This document shows positions 26,020 through 35,270 of a stretch of 64,000 bases of DNA, one piece after another (the first letter of the stretch is position 1; the number at the start of each line of letters is the position of its first letter). Under the pieces are notes generated by a model that worked only from the letters and a program-made list of their open reading frames with translations, had not been told where the DNA came from and searched no databases. This DNA comes from a virus (Duplodnaviria > Caudoviricetes), in the IMG/VR virus record IMGVR_UViG_2648501258_000001, positions 1-64,000 of that record; one strand, written 5' to 3'. The position numbers and the translations under genes were made by a program.

Positions 26020-26363
26020 ACTGCGTGTGTTGCCTCAATAGATGCACAACCAGATGATCGCATCTTGCGTAGGTCGTGCCGTAGGTGGATATCTTGTACA
26101 GCTTCGATCTGTGCTTCCATGCTCGCCGCACCAGTTGCAAGCCAAGGCTTATCAAGTCTTTCAAAGCCTTCTACACGGATTCCAGTGTATAGAATTTTAT
26201 TGATTGTTCTGTGTGTGCAGTGAACTAGTTCATAACCTACCGAAGTGTCCATGCCATTTGTAAAGAGAATAGCGTCCAACACCTTAGTGTTTTGAGAATC
26301 GAACGCATCCTTGAAACCATCCACAAACATTAGATCGTGAAATGATAGATTGTAATGTGCCAT
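26016..26363 (-). CDS. hypothetical protein
   Basis: coupled ORF between thyX and nrdB. Confidence 0.7.
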   Translation of the reverse strand: MAHYNLSFHDLMFVDGFKDAFDSQNTKVLDAILFTNGMDTSVGYELVHCTHRTINKILYTGIRVEGFERLDKPWLATGAASMEAQIEAVQDIHLRHDLRKMRSSGCASIEATHAV

Positions 26364-27007
26364 TACTTGGTTCCTTGTGTCAGTGCAGCCCAGCTTACAG
26401 GAAACAGAGGTCGAATAACTGTATCAACAATCACTGCAACGTCTCTGACTTCCTTCTGTGCGTGAGACTCTGTACGTTTGTTATAGAAGTTTGCAAACGA
26501 CACTAAATTGCCAGTCCAAATCCAATTTACAATAGTACCTTGAGGTAAGATGAACCGCGCCTGTTCAGGACAAATACCTGCCTCGATCATTTCCATGTAA
26601 GTGTCTACGGCTTCACCGCAAAGGCTTCTGTAGATACCTTCAAACATTGCACTGTTCGGGTGTTCCCCGCCGCTACCTTGTTTGATACTTCCTTGTGGTT
26701 TTTCACGGAAGAAATCAGGAATGTAAATCTCTGGTCGAGTGCTAATGTAGCGTCTACTCTCTTCGTTCTCTACGAGGCCAATCTTGTGCTTGAAGCACTG
26801 TGTTCGGATTGGCACAGGAGCTGATACGCGAAGTTGAATAGCGGTGTGAGCGAAAGGAGTCCAGTGGTCATGTGTTGCGAGATAACGAATCAACCGTTCG
26901 TCTTGTTCTACGAACTCCGTAGACTCCTTTGCAAAGCTTACCCGTGCAGCATTAACAACTGCAAGGTCACTTCCCATGTAGTCAATCAGTTCTACTTTGA
27001 TAGTCAT
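26363..27007 (-). CDS. thyX: flavin-dependent thymidylate synthase
   Basis: VVNAARVSF, HWTPF, NEESRRY, EQARFILP, HAQKEV. Confidence 0.95.
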   Translation of the reverse strand: MTIKVELIDYMGSDLAVVNAARVSFAKESTEFVEQDERLIRYLATHDHWTPFAHTAIQLRVSAPVPIRTQCFKHKIGLVENEESRRYISTRPEIYIPDFFREKPQGSIKQGSGGEHPNSAMFEGIYRSLCGEAVDTYMEMIEAGICPEQARFILPQGTIVNWIWTGNLVSFANFYNKRTESHAQKEVRDVAVIVDTVIRPLFPVSWAALTQGTK

Positions 27008-27459
27008 TTCTTTCTCCCAAGTCTGGCAGAGTTGCAAGGCAAACATGCCATTGTGACGTTAGATGCAGAATGTGCCCCGCCATCATTCAACTCTACAATA
27101 TGTTCTAGTGTCCGTTTATCCGGGTCTGTGAAGCGCCCACACCAATAACAGCGCTCAGTAGCATACACTCCTTTTAAGAAGTTATCTGTCACTGTACCGT
27201 CCTTGGTTGCTACTATATTGGAGCGCCTTTTAAATTGATGCAGTCTGTGGTTGGCTCTCCACCGCTCTGAATGTCTCTCCCTGTACCGAGCTGTGGCCTC
27301 TCTCGCCCTCTCCTTGTTCCGGTATTTATCTGCAAAGCATGGTCTACAATACGCAGCTACTCCTTGAGTCCCGCGTTTTGCCTTTGTAAACTCAGAGAGA
27401 TTTTTGACTACTTTACAGTGCCTACATTCTTTTACATCCAAATGAAGCAATTGATCCAT
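27004..27459 (-). CDS. HNH endonuclease
   Basis: CYWCG..LEHIV...GGAH..SNVTMACLPCN. Confidence 0.85.
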   Translation of the reverse strand: MDQLLHLDVKECRHCKVVKNLSEFTKAKRGTQGVAAYCRPCFADKYRNKERAREATARYRERHSERWRANHRLHQFKRRSNIVATKDGTVTDNFLKGVYATERCYWCGRFTDPDKRTLEHIVELNDGGAHSASNVTMACLPCNSARLGRKK

Positions 27460-27597
27460 ACTAATTTCTCGATCATCAAGTTGTCGATGATGTACTCTTG
27501 TTTTACCCAGTTGAGGAATTTCATGTCGTTCTCCTATTCAGTTTAGTAGTGGGGTTAGATGGTTATTATCCCACCTTTCCCCTTTTGAGTCAACAGC

Positions 27598-28176
27598 TTA
27601 TACAGCTCTTTCTCGCAGCATCAACTCCAACTGAGCCAGCACACCGAACGCCTCATGAGCCTTATGCACCAGCTCCGATTCAGGATCAGTACACTCCAAC
27701 AGAGGCTTACCCTCTACAACGTGCATGGCGATCTGATCTGTGCGGTGTCGGCTTGCAGCAGCAGCTAGCTCCACTTGAGCATTTGGTAGATTTTGCCAGT
27801 CATGGTCCTTGTAGCCCTTGGCTGTTTGAGCCCAGGTCATCACCTTGGCGACCTCACGCAAGGCGAGAGGGAAGCCATCGTCAACTAGCTGCACTCGAAC
27901 CTTACCAACCTTACGCTGCTCCAGCACTGGACGGTAGGTTCCAAGCTCTTCCTCTTGTGAAGGAGTCTCTTCGCAGGGCTCAGGATCAGGAACAATTACA
28001 TAAGTACCGTCAGCCACGTAGGCATTAAACATATTTGCAGAGTATTCGGTGCTGCCAGACTCATCGTGGCCGTTGTCACCTTCTCTCCAACTGACGACAA
28101 ACACATCACCCCGCTCTTCTGCGGTGTAGAATTCATCCTTACCTAAGAATTTGTGTTTGAATCGGAAGACGCTCAT
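27598..28176 (-). CDS. dATP/dGTP diphosphohydrolase-like (DUF5664-type) domain protein
   Basis: ALREVAKVMTW..KGY..DW..AASRH..DPESxLxHxAH. Confidence 0.7.
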   Translation of the reverse strand: MSVFRFKHKFLGKDEFYTAEERGDVFVVSWREGDNGHDESGSTEYSANMFNAYVADGTYVIVPDPEPCEETPSQEEELGTYRPVLEQRKVGKVRVQLVDDGFPLALREVAKVMTWAQTAKGYKDHDWQNLPNAQVELAAAASRHRTDQIAMHVVEGKPLLECTDPESELVHKAHEAFGVLAQLELMLRERAV

Positions 28177-28376
28177 TCTACGCTCACCTCCACTTCGCTA
28201 ATGCCCAGTTCTTTCTTGAGGATAGTGGTAACTGCCATCATTGCCAGAGTGGCCTTGGTCAGTTGTCCATCGTCCTCGGTGTAATTATCCATAATGAAAG
28301 CCCAGATATCTCCGAAGATTTCTTTATCCAGTACATCTTCACCGCTATGAATTTCAGTGGTCTTTTCAGTGGTCAT
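28173..28376 (-). CDS. hypothetical protein
   Basis: GGAG RBS. Confidence 0.6.
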   Translation of the reverse strand: MTTEKTTEIHSGEDVLDKEIFGDIWAFIMDNYTEDDGQLTKATLAMMAVTTILKKELGISEVEVSVE

Positions 28377-28391
28377 TTTAAATCTCCTTTA

Positions 28392-28676
28392 TTAACAGAT
28401 TACGGTGCCTGGAGGCCATTTCAAATCAGGTTGCAACCACGAGGGACGCAAGAAGGGTTGTGGAGGCGTCCACTCCCTAGGCATGGGTTGTGTCAACACG
28501 CGATCAGCAGGGGCTGGTGGATACCCTGGAAAGGGTGCCGGACGATCCGGCGTCTCCTTCTTGAATACCAGTTTCAAATGGTCCTTTATGATTTCCCACT
28601 GTGTATGTGTGACCATAGCATTTGGGTTCATCTCAACGAACCCTTGCAGCCAATAGCAAAATTCTCTTTCAGTCAT
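28392..28676 (-). CDS. hypothetical protein
   Basis: FCYWLQGFVE...QW.IIKDHL motif. Confidence 0.7.
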   Translation of the reverse strand: MTEREFCYWLQGFVEMNPNAMVTHTQWEIIKDHLKLVFKKETPDRPAPFPGYPPAPADRVLTQPMPREWTPPQPFLRPSWLQPDLKWPPGTVIC

Positions 28677-28814
28677 CGTCCTCTTCCTCTTCATCGTCGG
28701 CATAATACGAGTACCCTACCCAATTGTCAACTCCTGTCGCCACAAGGTGGGCCAATTGCTTTGAGTCTTCAAGCAGGTCGAGGTATTCTTTATTTGTGAT
28801 TGTAATTACAGCAC

Positions 28815-29600
28815 TCATTGGTATTTCTCCTTCAAGTAACGTAGGGACACAGGCATTGGGATACCAAAGCCATCTTCTACTTCGTGCAAGATAGTCAGAC
28901 CACGGAAATGGTTGTTACCTTGGTGGCCCTTGTAGGCTTCGTCATGCTCATAGCACGCACCATTGATTATACCGATTTTGAATTTCCCGTCAAGCTGATT
29001 ATCACCAATAGCAATGTCTAGCACTTGCTTGTGACCTACGACAAAAGAGCTGCCCACAGCCTTGAGTTGCGAAGCTGCTGTGCCAGCACGAGGACGCCCG
29101 TTCATAGGGTTCATCAGGTAGTGGACGTAGTAGATTCCATCAATGCACACAGGCTTCAAGAACTCTCCAACTTCCCAGCCATATTGTTCGAGGTTCAACG
29201 TCTTTGTTCCAACAAAACCTTCCAGCTCTGGGTTGTCGTTAGCCATGCGGTCAAAGCGGGCCTCGTGGTTGCCAGGGCAGAACACCATACGCGGCTGATA
29301 CACTTTCTTACGGAATCGGCGCTGTTGTTCTTGCAGACGCAGCAGAGGTGCCATAAGCAGCCGCATACCTTCATTACCAGCCTCGATATCAGCTACCAAG
29401 CGACGACCTTCCATCACCCGCTTACCCTTGTCATAGCTAGATAGGGATTCAAAGTCGTAGTGGTCTCCGATGTGAATAACTACGTCAGGTCGCTTCTCCA
29501 CCATGTACTTGCCGACTCGTGTCATGTAGCTCAAGTCTACGCCGGGTTTACATTGTGTGTCAGCAATTACCATATGCGTTTTACCAAGATCGTAACTCAT
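28815..29600 (-). CDS. calcineurin-like metallophosphoesterase
   Basis: IADTQ, IGDHYD, GNHE, GH motifs. Confidence 0.85.
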   Translation of the reverse strand: MSYDLGKTHMVIADTQCKPGVDLSYMTRVGKYMVEKRPDVVIHIGDHYDFESLSSYDKGKRVMEGRRLVADIEAGNEGMRLLMAPLLRLQEQQRRFRKKVYQPRMVFCPGNHEARFDRMANDNPELEGFVGTKTLNLEQYGWEVGEFLKPVCIDGIYYVHYLMNPMNGRPRAGTAASQLKAVGSSFVVGHKQVLDIAIGDNQLDGKFKIGIINGACYEHDEAYKGHQGNNHFRGLTILHEVEDGFGIPMPVSLRYLKEKYQ

Positions 29601-29959
29601 TGCTTAACCTCCCTCAAGAATTTATTGATCTGGTAGATCAGTGTTGGATTTGTCATCTCAAATGTAGCCTCTTTTAACAGATGCATCGCTTGTTTCATAT
29701 CCTCGGATACTTCAACTTTAGCTTCAACAATCTCAAAGATATCTTGGTTGTCGAACATCCAAGCTTTTCGCCCAAGCGAATAACCAGCGGAGTCTAACTT
29801 GCTTGCATCTGGGGAATAATCGAACCGAGCCCGGTCTTCCCATCGAAGCCCAGAGGTCTTGAAAGAAGCCTTAGCGTGAGCCTCTTTCTCCCATACGCTC
29901 TTACCAGAACGCATCTTTACAATCTCACCAGTTGCTTTATGTCGAATTACATATGGCAT
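29597..29959 (-). CDS. hypothetical protein
   Basis: ATG after AGGAG; TAATG overlap. Confidence 0.6.
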   Translation of the reverse strand: MPYVIRHKATGEIVKMRSGKSVWEKEAHAKASFKTSGLRWEDRARFDYSPDASKLDSAGYSLGRKAWMFDNQDIFEIVEAKVEVSEDMKQAMHLLKEATFEMTNPTLIYQINKFLREVKQ

Positions 29960-30531
29960 TAAATCTTCTCCTTCAATATGTTGACAATCTGTTCTCTTCG
30001 ACCTTTGGCAGTCTTTGCCGGAAAGTCGCAGCCTTTCCCGTTTGACACTATCCATTCCCTCACAGCGGCTACTGGAAGTTTGCAAATGGCAATAGCTTCC
30101 TTCTCAATCAAGGCGTCAACTATGGACATTCCAGAGCGTTCAGCATACGTCTTAGCTTTGTGACATGGTTTGCAAATAAGGCCAAGGTCTTTATTAGACA
30201 CGCACACAATACCCTCTACAAACGACTGGAGGTCTTCCAGCTTCCGTAGCGAGTGTTCTCCTGTAATGTGGTCAACTTCCATATCTTTCAACGCGAAGTC
30301 TTTACTGCACTGGTAGCATGTTCCTCCCCAAACTTCGGGGAACCGTGTACGGTTCTTCGCCACAGGGTTGATAATACGTTTCCTGTTTGCTTTCAGAAAC
30401 TCCAGTTTGATTGGACTCTTGTTCCAGAGGGAGCGGCGAATGCCGCCCCTCACATAGGACAAGAAGGCTGACTCTGTTTTCCAGATATGCTTGTGTTCTT
30501 CCCAAGGGGCCTTCTTTGAAGATTCCTTCAT
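29959..30531 (-). CDS. HNH endonuclease (conserved replication-region type)
   Basis: CYQC..EVDH...LICKPCHKAKT. Confidence 0.8.
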   Translation of the reverse strand: MKESSKKAPWEEHKHIWKTESAFLSYVRGGIRRSLWNKSPIKLEFLKANRKRIINPVAKNRTRFPEVWGGTCYQCSKDFALKDMEVDHITGEHSLRKLEDLQSFVEGIVCVSNKDLGLICKPCHKAKTYAERSGMSIVDALIEKEAIAICKLPVAAVREWIVSNGKGCDFPAKTAKGRREQIVNILKEKI

Positions 30532-30689
30532 TCACCAAACTCCGCAATTAATGCTTCATCTGTTGTCATGCCTTGACCGTGCATCTCTTCCCAAATAAAT
30601 GGTCGCATGGTGATGGAATTGTAAGCCGCTTGCCCGTACTCGAAGAAAGCTTTATCCTCAAGCTCATCCATCCAATCGTCAATATTCAT
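30528..30689 (-). CDS. small acidic hypothetical protein
   Basis: ATG after AGGAG. Confidence 0.5.
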   Translation of the reverse strand: MNIDDWMDELEDKAFFEYGQAAYNSITMRPFIWEEMHGQGMTTDEALIAEFGE

Positions 30690-31206
30690 TGTTTGCGTAC
30701 TCCTTATGGTAAGTTGCTCGATAGGCTTCAATTGCAATCTTGGCAGACTCTACAGAGTAGAACCTTCCGACGCATTTCCGCTTTCCGTCCACGCTAACCA
30801 TAGCACGCCACTTTCCACTGCGTGTCTCGAAAGAGACGCCTCTTACACCCGAGGTGTTGTTTGTGGGAGTTCGCTGATTGTACGCATTCTGGACTACAGT
30901 TGCAAGCCTTAAATTAGATATTTTGTTGTTTGTTCCGTCGCCGTCTTCGTGGTCGATCAGAGAATCTGGTAATTCTCCGTAGTACAACAACCACGCAGCT
31001 CTGTGTGCTTTCAATACCTTTCCATCCAAGCCAAAGGTGACGTACCCTGCCCCGGTAACACTTCCAGCGATAGAGCCTTCCACTGCACGAGGACTCAACG
31101 TCTGTTTCCAAACGAGAGTCCCAGTTGCAGGGTTGTACGACAGAACCTCTTGCAGTCTAGATAATTCCAAGCTTGTACAGGAGACTTTCAACGTCAATAC
31201 GGTCAT
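30679..31206 (-). CDS. HNH homing endonuclease with AP2 domain
   Basis: AHRAAW..IDHEDGDGTNNKISNLR..NTSGVRGV. Confidence 0.9.
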   Translation of the reverse strand: MTVLTLKVSCTSLELSRLQEVLSYNPATGTLVWKQTLSPRAVEGSIAGSVTGAGYVTFGLDGKVLKAHRAAWLLYYGELPDSLIDHEDGDGTNNKISNLRLATVVQNAYNQRTPTNNTSGVRGVSFETRSGKWRAMVSVDGKRKCVGRFYSVESAKIAIEAYRATYHKEYANNEY

Positions 31207-32194
31207 CCTCCCATCTACGCATGAAAGCCGCATCGAAGTACATCTGCATGATCTGTAAAGCATTTTTTGTGTGAATTACACCATCATGTGCCATATAAGT
31301 CACCGGCTCAGGATACCACGCTAGGTATTGACCATAGACCAGGGCGAGAGCTTCCTTATCCGTCTTAGCATCTTTCAAGAGCTTGTAAGCAGCTTGCTCA
31401 CCATACTGCATCGCCTCTCCACGTTTATCAGCTGCGATCTTAGCTAGAGATGATCCGTGGTAGCAGTCTACAGCATCTCCGTAGAGGCTCTGGAAGTAGA
31501 GCCAGAGGCGACCCGTACCCTTGATACCCTTACCTTCCTGATGCAGCTCACCGAAGCCCTGAATGAGTATAGGCTGTGGCATCTTGGCAGGGTTCCAGAG
31601 GTAGCCAGAGCATTGGAGTGCATCCTTATCTTCTGTCACTTGGATGATACGCCCCTTGTCCTCTTTCCAGCCTTTATAAGCCCGGATACTGCCCATGTCA
31701 TCAACTTCCATTCCGTTGACAACGATTGCACCTAGCTCGTTAATCATGAATGCTCTTAGTTCCTTTAACTGGGTAGGGCGAACTGTATCGTCTCGCTTGC
31801 CCTTATAGCGCCCACCGAGTGTAGCGCTTCCAGCGTACTTGCCTACTGTCACAGTGTGTTCCATTGGCAGAGGAATCAAATCTCGGAAGTTATCCGTCCC
31901 GCCAATGTAAATCTCACCTTTAGTGACACCAGTGCGGTTGTGATAACCTTTGATCATTTCTCGGATCAGGGACTTACCATAGGAACTGTGTCGTGGTTCT
32001 GCTGTATCTACGATAGTGAATTGATCGTAGGTGAACTTGTTATCTGTAGCTGCAAGTTCTGCTTTAAGTTCAGTTCTGTTTCTAAACTCTTTTTGTGATC
32101 CTTCTGGATCAGTTGCGAGGATACTCTTTGTTTCGTTCGCTGCTGCTGCTTTATATGCAATGCTATCCGCATCGAAGATTAGTTCATCTGACAT
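31157..32194 (-). CDS. 5'-3' exodeoxyribonuclease (T7 gp6/FEN-like)
   Basis: DADSIAY, NFR, YKGxR, EVDD, DKD, GDxVD. Confidence 0.85.
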   Translation of the reverse strand: MSDELIFDADSIAYKAAAANETKSILATDPEGSQKEFRNRTELKAELAATDNKFTYDQFTIVDTAEPRHSSYGKSLIREMIKGYHNRTGVTKGEIYIGGTDNFRDLIPLPMEHTVTVGKYAGSATLGGRYKGKRDDTVRPTQLKELRAFMINELGAIVVNGMEVDDMGSIRAYKGWKEDKGRIIQVTEDKDALQCSGYLWNPAKMPQPILIQGFGELHQEGKGIKGTGRLWLYFQSLYGDAVDCYHGSSLAKIAADKRGEAMQYGEQAAYKLLKDAKTDKEALALVYGQYLAWYPEPVTYMAHDGVIHTKNALQIMQMYFDAAFMRRWEDDRIDVESLLYKLGII

Positions 32195-32208
32195 TTATTT
32201 CTCCTAAC

Positions 32209-32243
32209 GAAAAAGGGGAAACGCTGTTAAGCGCCTCCCCTTT
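32209..32243 (-). terminator. intrinsic terminator
   Basis: AAGGGGAGGCGC..GCGTTTCCCCTT followed by TTT. Confidence 0.7.
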
Positions 32244-32262
32244 GGGTTTGTTTCTTATGGAA

Positions 32263-32556
32263 TTAGAATTCCGGGTTGTCCTTCAAGAACTCCGCAGTTT
32301 GTGCAGCGTTCTCTGGGTTAGGAGTGTCATATCCTGACAGTTCCTTGTACTTCTCAAACAGCTCCATAGTCGCCTCTTCGGTTTCTTCGAAGGTGTTCTT
32401 AACGTGAAGCTTTGCAGCCTTGGCAATCAAGCCAATAGCCGAAGTGTCGTGGCCCAGGTCTTTCGCCTCTGCTTTAACTTCTTTCACGTCTTCTTTTAGG
32501 GCCATTGCATCCAGCTCCAGATTTACCAGACGGTCAAACAATTCTTTTTCAGTCAT
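32263..32556 (-). CDS. GapR/T4 DsbA-like dsDNA-binding protein
   Basis: RLVNLE....KEDVKEVKAEAKDLG.D. Confidence 0.6.
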   Translation of the reverse strand: MTEKELFDRLVNLELDAMALKEDVKEVKAEAKDLGHDTSAIGLIAKAAKLHVKNTFEETEEATMELFEKYKELSGYDTPNPENAAQTAEFLKDNPEF

Positions 32557-32570
32557 TTATTTCTCCCTTG

Positions 32571-32738
32571 TTAGTCTAAAATTACTTTAATGCAAGCGGC
32601 GAACAGCAGTCCCACTAGTACGATCAAAGGGATGATATAGAATGGCATAAGAACTAGCCACCAAGACCAAGTGATTGTACCGACCAGCTTCAATACGATG
32701 AAGATGATACCTAGAACGCTGAAAAGACCAAGCTTCAT
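32571..32738 (-). CDS. small membrane protein (55 aa)
   Basis: IFIVLKLVGTITWSWWLVLMP; AGGAG RBS. Confidence 0.7.
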   Translation of the reverse strand: MKLGLFSVLGIIFIVLKLVGTITWSWWLVLMPFYIIPLIVLVGLLFAACIKVILD

Positions 32739-32748
32739 TTGAATCTCC

Positions 32749-33141
32749 TTATGGGTTAAGTGCTTCGCCGTGTTCAGCGTGCCAAATAGAATGGCATCTG
32801 GAACATAGCCAGCGGACTTCTAATGGTTTAGAATAGTCATCGTGGTGGCCTTCTACTTGCAAGTCTGACATACACTCTTCGCACTTGTCAAGCTTAAATA
32901 TCTTCCCATCCCGAATAGCATTGTTAACCTTGTTATGGGCCTTATACTTATTCGGATTAGCTGCTCTGTATGCTCTTACAGTTTCAAGGGATTGCCTATT
33001 CCCTCGCTTGCGGTCGTACTCTTGAACAGCAGGGTTTGTACGTCTGCGTTCTCTCACGAGGGCACAACGACAAACCTTACATGTTGCATCCCTTGCATAG
33101 TAGTCGGCTCGGGGTTTTTCAACCCCGCACCTGCTGCACAC
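32749..33141 (-). CDS. HNH-like endonuclease
   Basis: CEEC..EGHHDDYSKPLEVRWLCSRCH. Confidence 0.75.
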   Translation of the reverse strand: MCSRCGVEKPRADYYARDATCKVCRCALVRERRRTNPAVQEYDRKRGNRQSLETVRAYRAANPNKYKAHNKVNNAIRDGKIFKLDKCEECMSDLQVEGHHDDYSKPLEVRWLCSRCHSIWHAEHGEALNP

Positions 33142-34127
33142 TAAAATGGCACATCCGAGTCATCGAAAGCTTCTGGGTCTGCGGCCTTCGGGGCGATGCC
33201 CGGAGCCTTCTCCTTAACTTCCTCTTTAGGAGCCTCTTGTTGAGGCGCCCCAGCTTCAAGCATCTTGCTCAGAGGCGAACCAGCGTAGTTGTTAGCACGC
33301 TTGATTGTGTTCTTCGCAGCTACACGAAGTTGCTTCACAGCATCTTCATCGTTAGCACTGTACAGGTTAACACCGTGGAGGATACCTTCTGGTACTTCTG
33401 GCACTGCAACGCCTTCTGGAACCATACCAGCCAGCTTGATGCTTTCGGTGAAGAAGCTACCACCAGTTTTACCCGGCTTCATGTACACTTGGAACTGGAA
33501 CTGTGCTACCTTGCCAAGCAACTCACCGATACGCTCTTTCTTGAACAGACCGTTCGAGTCGAGAATACCACAGGCATCTGCCAGCTTGTGAATACCGTTG
33601 TTCTTAGCGAAAGCCCACATAGGCTTATGGCCCTTCTCAGCGTGGTTGGTTTCACGGATGTTGTATGGACGACCAACAACCTTAACCTTTTCGCCAGGGA
33701 GAGTGAACTCACCGTTCAACAGCATACGCAGAGGAAGCGGATTCGAGTTACCGAAGAACTGACCCTTGTCCACTTGAACTTGAGGGAAGTCAACCATTAC
33801 TGCCAGTTGTTGCACAGGCTTCTGAGGGTAGCATTTCAGACGGCAGGCTTTACCCTTATCGTCGAAACCATCCTTGAAGTATGTAGCAGCGCGTGCAGCA
33901 GTTTCAGCCAGTTCGTCTTCTGCTGTACCGACGAATACGTGTTCAGCGTCGTCGAGATTCTGTTCACCGAGGTCGATCAGACCTGAGATGATACCGGGCA
34001 GAGAACGAGTCTTGCCACCACCAGCAGCTTCAACCACGTGGGCATTCAGCTTATCCCATTCTACCACTGGACGATTGCCGCCTTCGGTAGTAGTGGTAGT
34101 AGTTGTTACGAAAGTGAAACCAGTCAT
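33141..34127 (-). CDS. putative ssDNA-binding protein
   Basis: IDLGEQ motif; acidic DDSDVPF tail; located in the replication module. Confidence 0.6.
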   Translation of the reverse strand: MTGFTFVTTTTTTTEGGNRPVVEWDKLNAHVVEAAGGGKTRSLPGIISGLIDLGEQNLDDAEHVFVGTAEDELAETAARAATYFKDGFDDKGKACRLKCYPQKPVQQLAVMVDFPQVQVDKGQFFGNSNPLPLRMLLNGEFTLPGEKVKVVGRPYNIRETNHAEKGHKPMWAFAKNNGIHKLADACGILDSNGLFKKERIGELLGKVAQFQFQVYMKPGKTGGSFFTESIKLAGMVPEGVAVPEVPEGILHGVNLYSANDEDAVKQLRVAAKNTIKRANNYAGSPLSKMLEAGAPQQEAPKEEVKEKAPGIAPKAADPEAFDDSDVPF

Positions 34128-34199
34128 TGTAAATCTCCTATCTAAAGGCCCTTCTTGGGCTTAAATGCGGGACACGTGCCCCGCGTTGGTTCGGAATCC

Positions 34200-34571
34200 T
34201 TAACGGATTTCCTTGAGTGGGGCATACGCCATAATGATGATGCCCTCTTTCTTGCCGCCCATTGCTGCTTTAATTTCACGGGCGTATTCTCGATCCTGTG
34301 TGCTGAGCCAAATATCGCCAGACGCGTCCACAACAGAATACAAATATCGTACACGAGCAGAAGTTGCTTGCTCTGCTGGAGCTACCGATTGCAGCTCTTC
34401 GTAGTCATCAGTGGTTAGAAGTTGACTGTAGCCTCGCTCGCACTTGGCGTCAATACCAGCCACGCTGTGACCCTTGGATGGGGCGGTGGCTGTAACGACT
34501 TCACCTACACGGAAAGAATGGCCCCAGATGTTTGGGGATTTAATAACTCGTACTTGACGTGGAAACTTCAT
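34200..34571 (-). CDS. hypothetical protein with SH3-like N-domain
   Basis: QVRVIKS...FRVGEVV; AAGGAG RBS. Confidence 0.65.
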   Translation of the reverse strand: MKFPRQVRVIKSPNIWGHSFRVGEVVTATAPSKGHSVAGIDAKCERGYSQLLTTDDYEELQSVAPAEQATSARVRYLYSVVDASGDIWLSTQDREYAREIKAAMGGKKEGIIIMAYAPLKEIR

Positions 34572-34626
34572 ATTTACTCCTTTGTAGAAATGAGAAGGCA
34601 GCATTTCTGCTGCCTAGATGGGTAGT

Positions 34627-35046
34627 TTAAACGCTAGGCTTCTGGTTGTCAAGCCAGTGACCAAGTTGTTTACGAATCTTTTTGACGTCTTCTGTTCGCA
34701 GACGAACGATCTGACCATCACCAGTACTACCTTCGCTCGTGGTGAAGTAGACGTATTCTTCACTGGACGCAGTATCCACTTCCAGATTGTCACCTTCGGA
34801 GTCTTCGTAGTGCGTCTCTTCGCCAACTTTAGGTGCTTTCACCTTGACCAGTTTCAGATCATCCACAACATAAGCATTGAAGATTTCCTCGCCCGGCCAC
34901 TGGACTCGGATAGGAAAAGAAATTGAATCTCTGGTTGCGGTAATAGTACCCTCAACGTCTGCTGGGTTCATTGTTCGATGCTTACCGTAAAACTGGCTCG
35001 ACTTACGAATTTTAACCTTGTCGCCTACTTTGAATTGCTTAGCCAT
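34627..35046 (-). CDS. SH3-like domain protein
   Basis: FKVGDKVKIRK; start at ATG 35046 after GGAGG. Confidence 0.7.
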   Translation of the reverse strand: MAKQFKVGDKVKIRKSSQFYGKHRTMNPADVEGTITATRDSISFPIRVQWPGEEIFNAYVVDDLKLVKVKAPKVGEETHYEDSEGDNLEVDTASSEEYVYFTTSEGSTGDGQIVRLRTEDVKKIRKQLGHWLDNQKPSV

Positions 35047-35070
35047 TTTGTATCCTCCGTTATATGTTAA

Positions 35071-35219
35071 TGGGGGCGGGAGCAGGACTCGAACCTGCAC
35101 GCTTTCGCTGTCCGTTTGGGGCCACTTGTAACCTGCTAAGCTACTCCACACCTCGATATGGAAAGCCTCATACTCTTGCAGACCCTTAGAACTTTGTCTA
35201 CCGATTCCATCATCCCGTC
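35071..35219 (-). ncRNA. tRNA-like RNA (Leu-type body, encoded CCA) with a 73-nt structured insert replacing the anticodon loop
   Basis: GACGGGA/UCCCGCC-C-CCA acceptor, GGAAUCGGUAGAC D-arm, GC-GAAA-GC variable arm, GCAGG-UUCGAGU-CCUGC T-arm. Confidence 0.8.
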
Positions 35220-35230
35220 TTGTTGGGGCC

Positions 35231-35258
35231 ATTCTACATGATCCTGACCCCGTGTCAA
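35231..35258 (-). promoter_or_regulatory. sigma70 promoter of the tRNA-like RNA
   Basis: TTGACA-16-TAGAAT with GC-rich discriminator. Confidence 0.85.
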
Positions 35259-35270
35259 CAATTTATTTTA

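Noticed and set aside
35047-35232. N-terminal extension of ORF 34627-35232
   Set aside because: It runs through the tRNA-like RNA and starts inside the -10 box; the real start is ATG 35046 with a GGAGG RBS.
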